A DNA stretch of 64,000 bases. Origin: Octopus vulgaris (Eukaryota). The notes under the pieces were generated by a model. The model was not told the DNA's origin. It made no database searches and saw nothing but the letters and a program-made list of their open reading frames with translations. Made by a program: the position numbers and the translations under genes. Shown here piece after piece: positions 28,201 to 41,337 of this stretch. Within the stretch, counting starts at the first letter, position 1, and every line of letters starts with the position of its first letter. Location: assembly GCA_951406725.2 (NCBI GenBank), contig OX597817.1, positions 41,354,001 to 41,418,000 on the forward strand. The letters are read 5' to 3'.

Positions 28201-28539
28201 TAAAGACCAGCAGAAAGATTCTTCACTGACCTGGCTCTGACATAACCCGAAACCTCCATGCTGTCCAATGCAATGCTAATGAAACGGAGTATGTAGCGTC
28301 ATGACTGTCCACTCGCAGAGAGGATATTTAAGAATTGCATGGTCACATCCCTGAGGACTGATTCAATAATTATGAAGACAATATTAAACAATTACTTTAT
28401 ATGTTGTGGGTGGCATAGATTGGCAGAGAGTGGAAACAGTCAAGAAAATCTGATGAAGATCCTTCCAGATTAAAAATGCGTCATTAAGGCTTCATTAATG
28501 TCTGTAGTAAGCCGAAAGTAATATATCTCTTCAAAGACA

Positions 28540-28574
28540 ATACATACATGTGTGTGTGTGTTATATATGTGTGT

Positions 28575-28614
<40 letters not shown>

Positions 28615-29586
28615 TATATACATACACATATATACATACACATATGTATATATATATATTCACACACACACATATATATATATACACACACACATATATA
28701 GATATATACATATACATACACACACATATACATACACACACACATATACACCCATATATATACTCATACACATACATACACACACACATAGATACACTCA
28801 CACACACATACGTACACACACATATACGTACACATACACACATATATACACACACACACACCAAAACAAATGTATATATTATATCAAAGAACTACATGTG
28901 TGTGTGTGTGCATGTGTGTGTGTGATAACTATGATTGCATGGTGCAGATAAATGTGGTTGTCAGTCTGAGAGTGCATGAGTGCATTTGCATGCATGCATG
29001 CACATACGTATGACTGTATGCAGAAGTGTGCGAGTGATAATGGAAGCAAGTTCAGATAAGTAGTAACAAATGCAACAAAAGCTTAGCAGATATCTGTAAT
29101 TCAGTTACATATTCTAACACTATGCACAACAATTTAGTTTGTGTATTTCCTCAGAATTTAGGTTAAAACAATTTAAGAAAAAATAAATAAATAAGTAAAT
29201 AAAAAGTTAACACTTCTCTATTATTTTTTTAAATTCCACCCATCTCATATTTGTGTTTGTCTGTGTATGTATGTGTGTATATATATATACATAAATACAT
29301 ATATACATACATATATGCATATACATAAATACATATATACATATACATAAATACATATATACGTATATATATGTATATACATAAATACATATATACATAC
29401 ATATATGCATATACATAAATATATATATTTATATATATATATATACATAAATATATATACATATATACATAGATATATATATACATAAATATACATATGT
29501 ATACATGCATAAATACATATAGACACATCTATACATACATACGTAATATAATATATATATACCCATAGATATATTCAGAGACACAA

Positions 29587-29617
<31 letters not shown>

Positions 29618-30610
29618 TAAATACTTAGACAAACAAATATAGACACATACGTACACATGCATAGATACATGCATACACAGACAAACACAGGCGTACACAC
29701 AAATATATATTATTTATTTGCACATATGTATGTATGCAAGAAATAATATATAGCAGGGATAATTAGAGAAAATATGAAAAGAGATGGATAGAGAGTGAAT
29801 ATGGAGTGAGGGAGTGGAGAGATGAGAAAGAACAAATAGAGAGACTATATATATATATATATATATATAAAAAGAGAGAGAGATATAAAGATAGACAGAT
29901 ATATATATATATATATATATAAAGAGAACGAGAAAGAGGGGTAGGGATTGGAGTGGAGAGGGAGGAAATATAAAGAGAAAACTGATGGGGAGAGACAGAA
30001 AGAAGAGATGAGTGAGGAAGGAAAAGAGAGAATGAGGAAACAAGGGAGTGAAGAGAAGGGAGGGGGAAACTGGGTGGGACAGACAGACAGACAATCAGAC
30101 AGATATAGAGAGTCCATGCAAATGATGTGGATAAATTAGTCATTTAATTACATTTTGTATCTAATTTAGTGTTTAAATCTCTTCAGTAACACACCATCTT
30201 GTTAGGTGTGTGTGTGTGTGTGTGTATGTGTATATGGGTGATTATCCATACGTGTGTATATGTGTATGCATGTGTACCTGAATATGTATAATTATGTGTA
30301 AGTCTATGCACATGTGAGTGTGCACGCACATGCAAGCATTTCTGTGTATGCATGTGCATGGGTGGGTATATGTGTGTGTGAGGGGAGGGGTATGTGTGCA
30401 TGGGTATGTGAGCATCAGAATATGAGTGCACAGGGGTACCCGTGCAAGTGTCCGCAAACAAGTGTGCGTTAGTATGCATGCACATGGGGAAAGCATGCAC
30501 GTGAGAATGTGTGTACGTGAGAGGGAGATAGTATGGGCGTGTGTATGTGTGTGAGGAAAAGAAAGTGTAAGTGAGAGAAAGAGCATATGTGCATGCATGC
30601 ATGTGTGTAT
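28540..30610. repeat. Large compound TA/CA/GA/TG low-complexity field
   Basis: Blocks at about 28540-28925, 29260-29720, 29780-30115 and 30205-30610; source of many spurious YI/CV/HT ORFs. Confidence 0.9.
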
Positions 30611-30960
30611 GTGTTGGAGGGGGGGATGCGAAAATTAATGGATCATTAGGGAAATTTTAAAAAAAACAAAACTGGAAAAAAAAAATCAAAGGGAGAAAGG
30701 CTGCAACAAGGAAATAAATTTTGCTCAGATTTTAGTTTTTATCATCTCACACAGACAGGATACAATGAGAGTAACTTCTCATAAAAGTGGTGCTTTATTT
30801 TCTGATAATTATATTTAATTACTTTTTTCTTTTGGTTTTTCTAAATTTTACTTAAGCTGCTTGCACAAAACACTGTCTCAAATCATACTCTACACCTAAC
30901 TATCAAATACATACATACATATGTATGCATGTATGTATTAGATATGTATGTATGTATTAG

Positions 30961-30997
<37 letters not shown>

Positions 30998-31065
30998 ATG
31001 TATATAAGTATGTATGTATTATATATATATATATATGTATGTATGTATATAAGTATGTATGTATT

Positions 31066-31108
<43 letters not shown>

Positions 31109-31529
31109 TACACACACGAAAAATAAAACAAAGAGAAAAGCCATTAAGCCGAGGTTGTCTAACTCAGGAACAGAATTTCAAACCTTTTAATCAAAGATAT
31201 TAATGTTAGGCTGCGTAAAAGTTTGCCTCAACGGAACACTGTTACAAATGGATAATTTGATTATTAGCACTGCCCACATATCAGTGAGACTATGGTCAAT
31301 TAGATGCTGAATTAAGGAAGGTTCTTTCACCTTATAATTAATTAGATAGCTGACAAACAATTGCGTAGAATATTCATTAATAGACAAATTAATTTCACAG
31401 ACTGGAAATTAAGAATGCATGTCATCAACCCTATTAACACTTATTCCACACCTATTATGAATACATAGATACATATTAGCCAATAAGGTGTGTGTGTGTG
31501 TGTGTGTGAGTGTGCATGTGTGTGTGGAA

Positions 31530-31737
31530 TCTGCACAGCTGCTTGATATGCTAGAAACAACAGCCGAATCTCTCTTAAATCACACGTTGATATTCTATAT
31601 ATATGGAAGGACATATTTGATAAGAATGTAGGCCTAGATACTTAGTGCACAAGAAAATATGAGATGGCCATGGCTGGAATGCCTTTGGTCAAAAGGTCTA
31701 CTCAGTCAGAACTGAGCCAGAGCTGAAGAACAACATG
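31530..31737 (+). mobile_element. Dispersed repeat family D (representative copy)
   Basis: GCTAGAAA..GC.AAATCTCTCT.AAATCAC...GATGG.CATGGCTGGAATG.CTTT recurs near 11630, 23390, 35180, 36790 and 58020 (+) and near 14490 and 43600 (-). Confidence 0.65.
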
Positions 31738-32039
31738 TATGCATGTGGGGGTTTGCTCAGATGGACTAAGGAGAAAAATAAATAATAAATAAATGATAGT
31801 GTCACTATCAATATCAATAAAATTTATAAAGCTATCAGTGATAACAGGAGAAAACAGAATAACTAAATTTATCAACGAGATTTTTTTTTTTTTATTTCTT
31901 TGCAAAGGAAAACGAATGATAGATTTTTTTTACAATAACAGTATAAATCAGTTTAGAGGTCTTTTATGAAAAAAAATGGCGTTTTCTATTTCAACTTTAT
32001 TTAATTTTATTGTCAGAGTGTTGGTGTCACATAGCTGCC

Positions 32040-32960
32040 ATTGAAAAAAACCAGTTCCACATAAAGTGTGCCTGTGCTAGTGTCACCCAGAAAGCACCTG
32101 CACGAGTGTCATGTAAAATGTGCCCATGCCAGAGCTGTGTTAAAAGCACCTATGTCAGTGCTACATGTAAAGCACTTGTAAAGTGGTTGGCATTAGGAAT
32201 ACCTATTTCTTTACTACCCATAAGGGGCTACACACAGAGGGGACAAACAAGGACAGAAAAACGGATTAAGTCGATTACATCGACCCCAGTGCGTAACTGG
32301 TACTTATTTAATCGACCCTGAAAGGATGAAAGGCAAAGTCAACCTTGGCAGAATTTGAACTCAAAACATAATGGCAGACAAAATACCACTAAGCATTTTG
32401 CCCGGCATACTAACGTTTCTGCCAGCTCACCGCCTTAGGAATACCTGTCAAGCGAGGTGAAACTGTAGTCATGGCCAAAGCCAGTGCTGTCTGACTGGCA
32501 CCCGTGCTGGTAGCATGTAAACAGCACCATTCGAGTGTTGGACCTCATGGAAGCAGTAACAGGTGACAAAGACCTTGGGCAGTATACCGTGCTTGTGTGG
32601 CCCTGTCAAGCCAAGTGAGATTGTAGTCGTGGCTGATGCCGGTGGCACAAAACAAGACCCACTACACTCATGGAGTGGTTGGCATTAGGAAGGGCATCCA
32701 GCCATAGAAACCAAGCCAAATAAGATTGGAACCTGGTGCAGCTCCCCGGCTTACCAGTTTTCAGTTAAACTGTTCAACCCATACCAGAATGGAAAGCGGA
32801 TGTTAAATGATGATGATGATAGTGATGATCCAACTGTAGACACCTTGCCAAAAACTGACTATGGAACCGAGTGTGGCTTCTGGCCTTCCTGTCAAACTGT
32901 TCAGCCCATGCCAGCATGAAAAACAGAAGTTAAATGATGACGATGATGATGATGATAATG
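32040..32960 (+). mobile_element. Family C element with internal subrepeats and a duplicated tail, interrupted by a family-B SINE
   Basis: Repeated GCACC/GTGCCAG subunits; two successive CCCAT.CCAG.ATG.AAA...TTAAATGATGA tails near 32780 and 32905. Confidence 0.7.
32205..32434 (-). mobile_element. SINE family B (Meta-domain-like) with a perfect TSD
   Basis: Minus-strand head GGCGGTGAGCTGGCAGAAACGTTAG...GAGTTCAAATTC, then GACTTTGCCTTTCATCCTTTCAGGGTCGAT; 12-bp TSD TTAGGAATACCT at 32193-32204 and 32435-32446. Confidence 0.9.
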
Positions 32961-34882
32961 AAAGGCAGAACTGAAGGTTTTAGACTTGAAAAAACTAAAT
33001 TCCAGAAGCAATAATTATTTGGGTAACTAATCACTTAAATAATGTTAGCCCTAAAAAAGGAATATTTCTTTTATTTAAATAACAACCAGCTAACAGTGAT
33101 TACACTAATGGATAAAATGCCATAACCCTTCTTTTAATTGTTTTTAATCTTAACTAATTCATTCCAATGATTATGCCAAGACAATTATTGATGCCGCTTT
33201 CTTGAAATATTCACTTCATATTCTGACAGAAGAAAAAGTAGCATCAGTACTTTTTCTTTTCTTTCTTTTCTCTGTTTTACTTTCTCAATTTGCAAGATCA
33301 GCTTAGAGTATGTTAGAAAAATTTCCAAGTGAGAAAGAAATGTGACAAAAACTTGCAGATGTTATAGCCAGGAATCCCAAAATCTAATCATACCTAATAA
33401 AACAATCACAATTACTGGTCCAGTTGGGGTGTTGAAAGAGAAGGCACTGCTGGGTTCATTCTGGCTCTCTGTGCTCTGAGTTCAAATCCTGCTGAAGTCA
33501 ACTTCGTCTTTCATCCTTGTGGGCTTGATAAATAAAGTATCAGTCCTCTACTAGGGCTCTTAGTCACTTTCTCTCTGGAAGAAATGGTTATGTTTAGACT
33601 TGGAGACCGTGTTAGGTTTTAAAATGCCCAAGATATCTTGTATGTCACAATGGTGCTTCTAGGACTCCACCAGAAGTTAGGGACTCACCAGTACTAGACT
33701 CAGACTTAACTGGGAGGAATTCTTTATTATTAGTCAATTTAGAACAAAGACATAAGTTATGTAACACAAGAAAGCAATCTGATCGGTAGAAATTATTATA
33801 GTTGTATAAAGAGAAAAAAAAAAATCAAAAAACAAACTATCATAAAGTATAAATCCCTGAGGTTAAACCTCTTAAGGAGATGAAAATAATAAAAAGATAA
33901 TTATTAATTAGGAATAATTATGAGGTGCTAAATGATTGGTAAAGAGATCTAACTTGCGGTTCAAATTAAGTACATATAATCGCTGCAATGACAGTGCATA
34001 CAACACACTTATATTTTCATTGAAAAGTTATTCAACCGAAAAGCAGTTACCAAATATGAAACTTCCGATAATTGACTATCAGCTTTGGAAAAGTTGGCAT
34101 CACTTAATCAAGTTTATCAATTTTGGTTAAATAATTACCCAAAAAATTATTAATTAAATTTTGAATAGATTTTGAAATTTTTGCCATTTAAGTTTTATTT
34201 GTTTTAATGATATTAGTTTTTATTGTGTCGGATACACAGTTAGTTATTCAGATTAATGCCTTTAATTAAATGGCCGTGGAGCTGAAACTGAGTTACATGA
34301 GTCAAGTCATATAAAATATTTAGCAGCAATTGGTATAAAAGCGGAAGAGATCCTAACTGTTTTAACATCAAGATAGCTATAAAATGTGAAGATCCTTTAG
34401 AAATTGTGCAAATTGTATTCTTCATGACGAAGCAACTGATTCTGTAATTTAAGAACTAATGTATCCTGGAGTGATCTTCCATTGAACTACAGCAATTAAG
34501 ATCAGGACTGAAATTTACAAGAGAAATTACAAAAGAATACATTATTGTTGGTTAAACTAGGTAGGTGATGCATATTAATGCCTGGAATTCCTTTCTTTCT
34601 ACTGAAATCTGCAGGAAACATTAACTTCCACTTCATCTTAGAATTTGAGAACCCACCATCAAAGAAAAGAAACAACTCCAAAAAAAAACAAAAACAAAAA
34701 CACCAAACAACAAAATTAAAAGACAAAACAAACGATAGATAAACCTTATAAATGGAAACATTTTGATTTAAAGGGAAAAAGAAAAATATTTCAAATTTTT
34801 CTGTTTCTTTTTAATTCATATTTCTAAACAGGCATGAGTTAGGGGTGGATGGGCTGATAATAGTTGATATTCTAGTACTATT

Positions 34883-35011
<129 letters not shown>

Positions 35012-35391
35012 TAAATATATATTCGTGAGAGAGATACATGACTGCTAAGACAAAGTCAACTACTTTGACAAAAACCTAATGTATTGCATAAGGTGTAACA
35101 TGGGCAGATGGTGATTAGATGCAGAACTGTTAATTAATTTCTTGTGTATCCTGCCACCAAGACTCTTAACAGTTGCTTAATCTGCTAGAAATAGCAACCA
35201 AATTTCCCTGAAACAAAATAATACTATCATCTTGAAAAAGAAAAAATGGTATGTTATATAATGTAGTCCAAGGGACACCATGTCTGAACGAATAAAGGTA
35301 CAGGAGTTGGAACATCCTTGATCACAATTCTGCTTTAACAGGACTGACTTTGGCATTAGCAACATCAATCATTGATATAGAATCTGGTTCT

Positions 35392-35806
35392 AGCTTCCCA
35401 ACCATGTGGTTCTGGGTTCAATGTCACTGCGTCACACCATGGGCAAGTGTCTTCTGCTGAAGTTCACAGCCAACCATACCCTTGTGAATGGATTTGATGG
35501 ATGGAAACTGAAAGAAGCCCAATGCACATGTGGGTGTGTGTATGTGCAAACATGCACTTTTGTCTCTTTGTTTGACATCGTAGGGTCATTATGAGCATTA
35601 CAATCATACAAGCAGAGTTCCTTGTTTCCAATCTTCCATGGAAATGGCTTGTAATGGGGAAATATTACCTTGCTAGGAAACAAGTCAGGGTTGGCAACAG
35701 GAAGGGTACCCAGATGCAGAAAATGTATTTTCAATCTATTCTCTCTGAGCCATGCAAACATGGAAAAACAGACATTAAAATAACGATGATGATGATGATG
35801 ATGATG
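35392..35806 (+). mobile_element. SINE with a family-A head and an alternative 3' half ending in (GAT)n
   Basis: Head and core at 35392-35522, then a different body GGGAAATATTACCTTG...GGTTGGCAACAGGAAGGG...CATGGAAAAACAGACATTAAA(GAT)n. Confidence 0.75.
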
Positions 35807-38452
35807 AAGCCAATGAAACAAGAAATTGTCTGTCAATATTTTCCTCTTTTTATATTAATGATGCAGCAAAACAGAGATAAGACACTTCAAATGGAAATGT
35901 TGGAGATGGTTAAGACAGAGTGTCATATGAAATGCTTCACGGCATAGAGACTCATTCATCTCTATTGTGAGATCAAATCCTGTTGTGGCTTTTGAGTCTT
36001 GTCTTTTATCCTACTAAACTTAATAAAAATAAGTTCAGATAATACAAAACCGTGGAGGGAAGTGGAATAGGGTGGGCGGATGGGCTGGTTGATTAAGCCA
36101 TCTATACATTTCACCTACAAACAAACATTAGCTTTTGTTTCAAGTCAATAGAAATCAATATTACAGTACAAATATTCAATTAATAAAATATCAAAGTCAT
36201 CCAAAACACTACCAAAATAATAAAAAAAACCCCACAGAAAACAACAACAAAGAGAAACAATCGCACAGAAAGTTCAATACATATCGAATTAAAAATTCCA
36301 TTTTAATTCAGTTTCTATCCTAGTTAATATAATCAAATAATAAACAACAGTAACAACCGGACACTATGGAGCATTGGATAACATTTCTCACTTAATTAGC
36401 ACATTAATTAATATTTTCATATTATTGAATTTATAAATCTCATGGTTCATTATTGCTGATCTAGGTGGAAAATAGCTTCTCACCTTCCCCACTGACATCT
36501 AAACTTAAATGATAAAACAGAGTTAAAATTTAAGAAGGGAAAACAGAAAATTAACCACAATGAAACCTAGAGAAGTTTATTTACAATTTTATTTAAATTT
36601 AACTCAAACAATATATTCCATTAAAGTTTCCATAAAATTCTGGATTTGTATTGAAAATTTAGCTAATTTTTATGCATCAAGGTTCTGTTAAGACTACAAA
36701 AAAGAGAAAAAAAAACTACTTATTTCTAATAAATCTTTTTTGTGAAAAATATACAATACTTTTAAGGCAAACAAATGTGAAAGCCTCTGTGTGGTCAACA
36801 TGACCTATTAGAAGTAGCAGGTAAATATCTCTCAAATCATATTCTAGTGATTTTAGTTTTAAAATGTGGCAGGAGTGGTAGGAGAGGAATTGAGTTGTTA
36901 AGGCAAGAATGCTATTGATCATAGGCCTGCTTGACCTGGGATTAAACAATATTAGCAAAATTTCAGCTCAGTAAAAGCGTCTCTATACAATCATTCCATT
37001 TTACATCGCAGCCACATTCTCACTAAAAATGCTGTATTTAACCTGTTGACAATAGAATATCTAGAATAAACAGGGGGTGATAACATCTAGAATATTCAAT
37101 CTAACTGAAACCAATACATTAGACATACCTTAAAGTGGCACAGTGTGACATGTCAGCGCTAGGAGCAAGGCAACCATTGGGGGAAAATGCACTATTTTTT
37201 TCATATCATTATTATATTTAATATTTTTTTCTTTGGATATTTTGTGCCCAGGGCAACAGCCTCTATGGCCATGCCCACATGAATCATTCCTAAGCTTTTG
37301 CTCAACTGTTTCCTTAACATTGGTCAGATGAAAAAGAACCAAGAGGTGGGTGTTTCTTCAACACTGACAATATTCCTTTCTTTACCAGCATTGATAATGA
37401 CATTTCATTCACTGACTGATCAGATTTATGCTTTCACATTTCAAACATCAATTGACAAAGTAATCAGCTTCTTCTTTCTACTAGTGCGTTGCATGTTAAA
37501 TGCTAAGAGAACTCCTGTAGTTGCTTTTCATTCAGCTTCCATGAGAGGGAATTACTCTCTCCTTGAGAAAGTTAATTACAGTGTACATAGTTTTCAAAGG
37601 ATGAGACTGTTAACCAAAATTTAACATGACTAGCATTTAGTTCAAAGCGTGCCACAACATCAAGATATGCTCCCAGCAAAGTAAGTCCATGACTGGTTTT
37701 GATTTTTCATGTAGATGTTAAATTTTCTTTGTGGCTAAAGCTATTGAGTAAGGTACATCGCATAATATTATTATAAACCATCCCAATAATTTTTTCTATG
37801 TAATAAATTAATATTTACATACATAAATGGAGTTTAATGGTGCTGGGTGTACCTGGATAGGAAATGTAATTAGCAGGTGTAGCTTTTAGAAAGGAAGGTT
37901 TATAGAAATTTGAAGTGAAATCTAGAAAATGAAACACAGCATGTGTTGAAAGGTAATAGGAAGTTACAGCACATAATTTTGTATAAATCTAAAATATGCA
38001 TAGAAAATAGAGGGCATAGTAATAACAAAGCTAAGAAAGGACTTAACAAGTTTTGTACAAACAGATAAAATACCCAGGATACTCTTTATTTTTCAGAGTA
38101 TAATTGCTTCAAGAATTAGGGAATTTGGGGGGAAGGGAACGGTCAATTACAACAGCCCCGGTACTTGACTGGTATTTTATTTTACGGAATGTAATTCAAG
38201 TTTACAACAGTTAAAGAGAACAATTATCTTCTGTGGAAGCCAATGCTATCATTTTAGAGTGTGTTCTGTCTTTATAACAGCTTGATACTAACCTTGAATA
38301 ATGGTTGTTCTGCACAATAAGTCTGAGAGATCACTTAAGAGAGCAACAGACAAGGAGTCTGAGGATAATCTAGTATGTAATTGTTTCTCACCCATACATG
38401 TCCTATGACAAAACAGGTTTACCGATGCTGGTGTGTGTGCGCATATCTCTCT

Positions 38453-38483
<31 letters not shown>

Positions 38484-38485
38484 CT

Positions 38486-38775
38486 ATTGGATTTTACTCA
38501 TAAGGTACTGGAATCTTATATGTATACCATTCTGCCTAAAAAAAAATGGATCTACAAATGCAATATCCCTACATATCTCACATCTATTTTCTTTTATTTC
38601 CTCCACCTCAATCTCTATTTTATATCTTATCTAAATTAACTATTTCTTAACCATCCTCTCACACCGTCTCCGATGAAGGGATACAATAAATATCCTGGAA
38701 ACAGGTGTAAGACCTTCTATCTATAAATGTTCTAAAATCTACACAGCCTTGGTTTTTTCATTTCATAACGAACAA
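38486..38775 (+). mobile_element. Penelope-like terminal repeat fragment carrying the hammerhead motif
   Basis: Pyrimidine-rich segment bounded by (TA)n on both sides and containing the hammerhead-like core, the usual context for PLE pseudo-LTR remnants (inference). Confidence 0.45.
38666..38713 (+). ncRNA. Hammerhead ribozyme-like motif with variant core
   Basis: Stem I GTCT/AGAC; core CCGATGA (U4 to C); stem II GGGATA-caataaa-TATCCT; GAAA 38698-38701; stem III ACA-GG-TGT; GTA triplet. Confidence 0.55.
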
Positions 38776-38798
38776 AAAATTATATATATATACATATA

Positions 38799-39147
38799 GG
38801 CGCAGAAGTGGCTGTGTGGTATGTAGCTTGCTTACCAACCACATGGTTCTGGGTTCATTCCCACTGTGTGGCACCTTGGGCAAGTGTCTTTGGTAGACGC
38901 AAACTGAAAAGAAGCGCATCATATATATGTATATATATATATATATGTATGTGTGTGTATATGTTTGTCTCCCCAACATTGCTTGACAACCGATGGTGGC
39001 GTGTTTATGTCCCCATAACTTAGCAGTTTGGCAAAAGAGACCGATAGAATAAGTACTAGGCTACCAAAAAATAAGTGCTGGGCTCTATTTGCTCAACTAA
39101 AAGCGTGGCCACAGTTAAATGACTGAAATAAGTAAAAGAGTAAAGAG
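38799..39147 (+). mobile_element. SINE family A
   Basis: Head through GTAAAAGAGTAAAGAG tail, with an internal deletion after GGCAAGTGTCTT. Confidence 0.9.
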
Positions 39148-39161
39148 TATATCCTCAAAAT

Positions 39162-39201
<40 letters not shown>

Positions 39202-39686
39202 GGTTTTATGAGTTAATTTATTATTATAAAGTTAAACAGAACATAACAATTTACAGTAATACTGACATAATTTGCCAGCTCATCCGTTTTTATCAGTTTT
39301 ATCTTCACTGAATAAAAGGAAAGAATTTTGTATCTGTCAGTAAAATCAGTCGGTTGGCTTTCCAGCTGATTATCAAAACTGCCCAAATACTGAAAATATG
39401 TTGTGTACCTCTCCAAATTTGGCTTTCAATTCCTCAGCCCAGATCAACTCCTTTGATAACCACTTCTTCACTCGTAATTCACACTCAATAACATTTTATG
39501 TAACTCACACTGTGCACTGCGTATGCAGATCAATGGAAAGTAACTAATAGATCAAGCCATCAATACAACATTAAAATACCCATGACATCAAATGCTTTCA
39601 CACTTGATCTCATCTAAACAGACGATAACATTTCTTTGGTCACATTTTCAACACTTGCAAAGTAAAAATTTTAGAAGTCCATAAAT

Positions 39687-39753
<67 letters not shown>

Positions 39754-40629
39754 CACACACACACACATTATATATACACACACTTGTAGGTTTTACTCTT
39801 GTTAAAGATATTTTCGAGAGTGGAAGCCGCTCTTCAAAAATATGATTTTGTGATTGTCATCCAAGTAAAACAGCTATTTTTATTGAGTCTTATGACCTTT
39901 TTCTTAACACTAAAAGGTTGTGTTTAGTGTCATTTCTGAAACACTGTTTTCATTCCCATTATCTCCTTAGCTTTCCAACAAGTGTGATATATCAAATAAG
40001 TATCTTCAATAATTATATTACGGTTGCTTCCAAGTTTTATGAAAATGCCTCTCAACATCAAATGTATGCTATAAAAAGGAAGCAAATTTATATAACCTAA
40101 GCTACCAAGATTTATTGTATTTTACTTCAAATGAATAAGTCAGTATGAACACAGAAGGTTTTCTTACCAGTTTAAGTGTTAATAAAAGTATGTTAAGAAT
40201 CTCTAGCCATAAAACTTGGTCTTTAATATTCTAAAAGGTTGACAAATTGAAGTTGAAATACGGCTGAAGTTTCATGTATAAAAATTGCAATATAGAAGAT
40301 GAAAATTTAGAGGAGGGAAATATTATGTAGGTATGGTCAGTCTCTTTCATGAGAATTTGGAAAACTGTTCTAGAGACAATAAATTCAAAACGAAGAAAGG
40401 TCAGTGACATTATTCAAAGAGCAAACAAAAGAAGTTTAGACAAAATGGTACAGACTTAGAGTAAGGTGGACACATCATTGATGAGATTGCCAATGGCGAT
40501 GAAAGGACTCTGATAATGACTGACTGATTGATTGATCAAATAATTAATCAAGCGATCAATTAGTTAATTGGTGAATTAGTTAACCAGTTGAATAATAATG
40601 ATGACAATAATGATGATGATGATGATGAT

Positions 40630-41178
40630 AATGGTTTCAAATATAGATTTCTGTCAGCAATTTTAGGGGAGGAGCTAAGTTGAGCTCTGAATAATAATCC
40701 TTTCTGCTATAAGCACAAGGCCTGAAATTTTGTGGGAGGGACCTAGACGATTACATTGACCCCAGTGCTTGACTGGAATTTGTTTTATCAACCCTGAAAG
40801 GATGGACTGCAAAACTGACCTAGGTGGAATTTGAACTCAGAATGTAAAGTTGGTAAAAATGCTGCTAAGCATTTTGTATGGCATACTAATGATTCTGTCA
40901 GCTTGTAACCTTGAACTGAATAATAATAATAATAATAATAATGATAATAATAATAATAACAATCCTTTCAACTATAGGCACAAAGCCTGAAATTTGATGG
41001 GAGGGACTAAGTCAATTACATCGACCCCAGTGTGGAACAGGTACTTATTTTATCGACCCTGAAAGGAGGAAAGGCAAAGTTGACCTTGGCAGCATTTGAA
41101 CTCAGAATGTACAGACAGACGAAATGCTGCTAAGTATTTAGTCTGGCATAGTAACAATTCTGCCAGCTTGCCGCCTTA
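40630..41178 (-). mobile_element. Tandem family-B SINEs separated by (AAT)n
   Basis: Full copies at about 40698-40912 and 40961-41178 plus a stub at about 40630-40690, embedded in (AAT)/(GAT) tracts. Confidence 0.85.
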
Positions 41179-41289
41179 ATAATAATGATGATGATGATGA
41201 TGATGATGGTAATAATAACCAGCCCAGGTAACTACTTGTCACTTGGTAGGTATTTTCTGATATCAAAGAAAGTAATAATAATAATAATG

Positions 41290-41337
<48 letters not shown>

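Noticed and set aside
39267-39389. Minus-strand 123-nt phase-0 exon (YLGSFDNQLESQ...)
   Set aside because: Weak donor, no partner exons and no recognisable homology.
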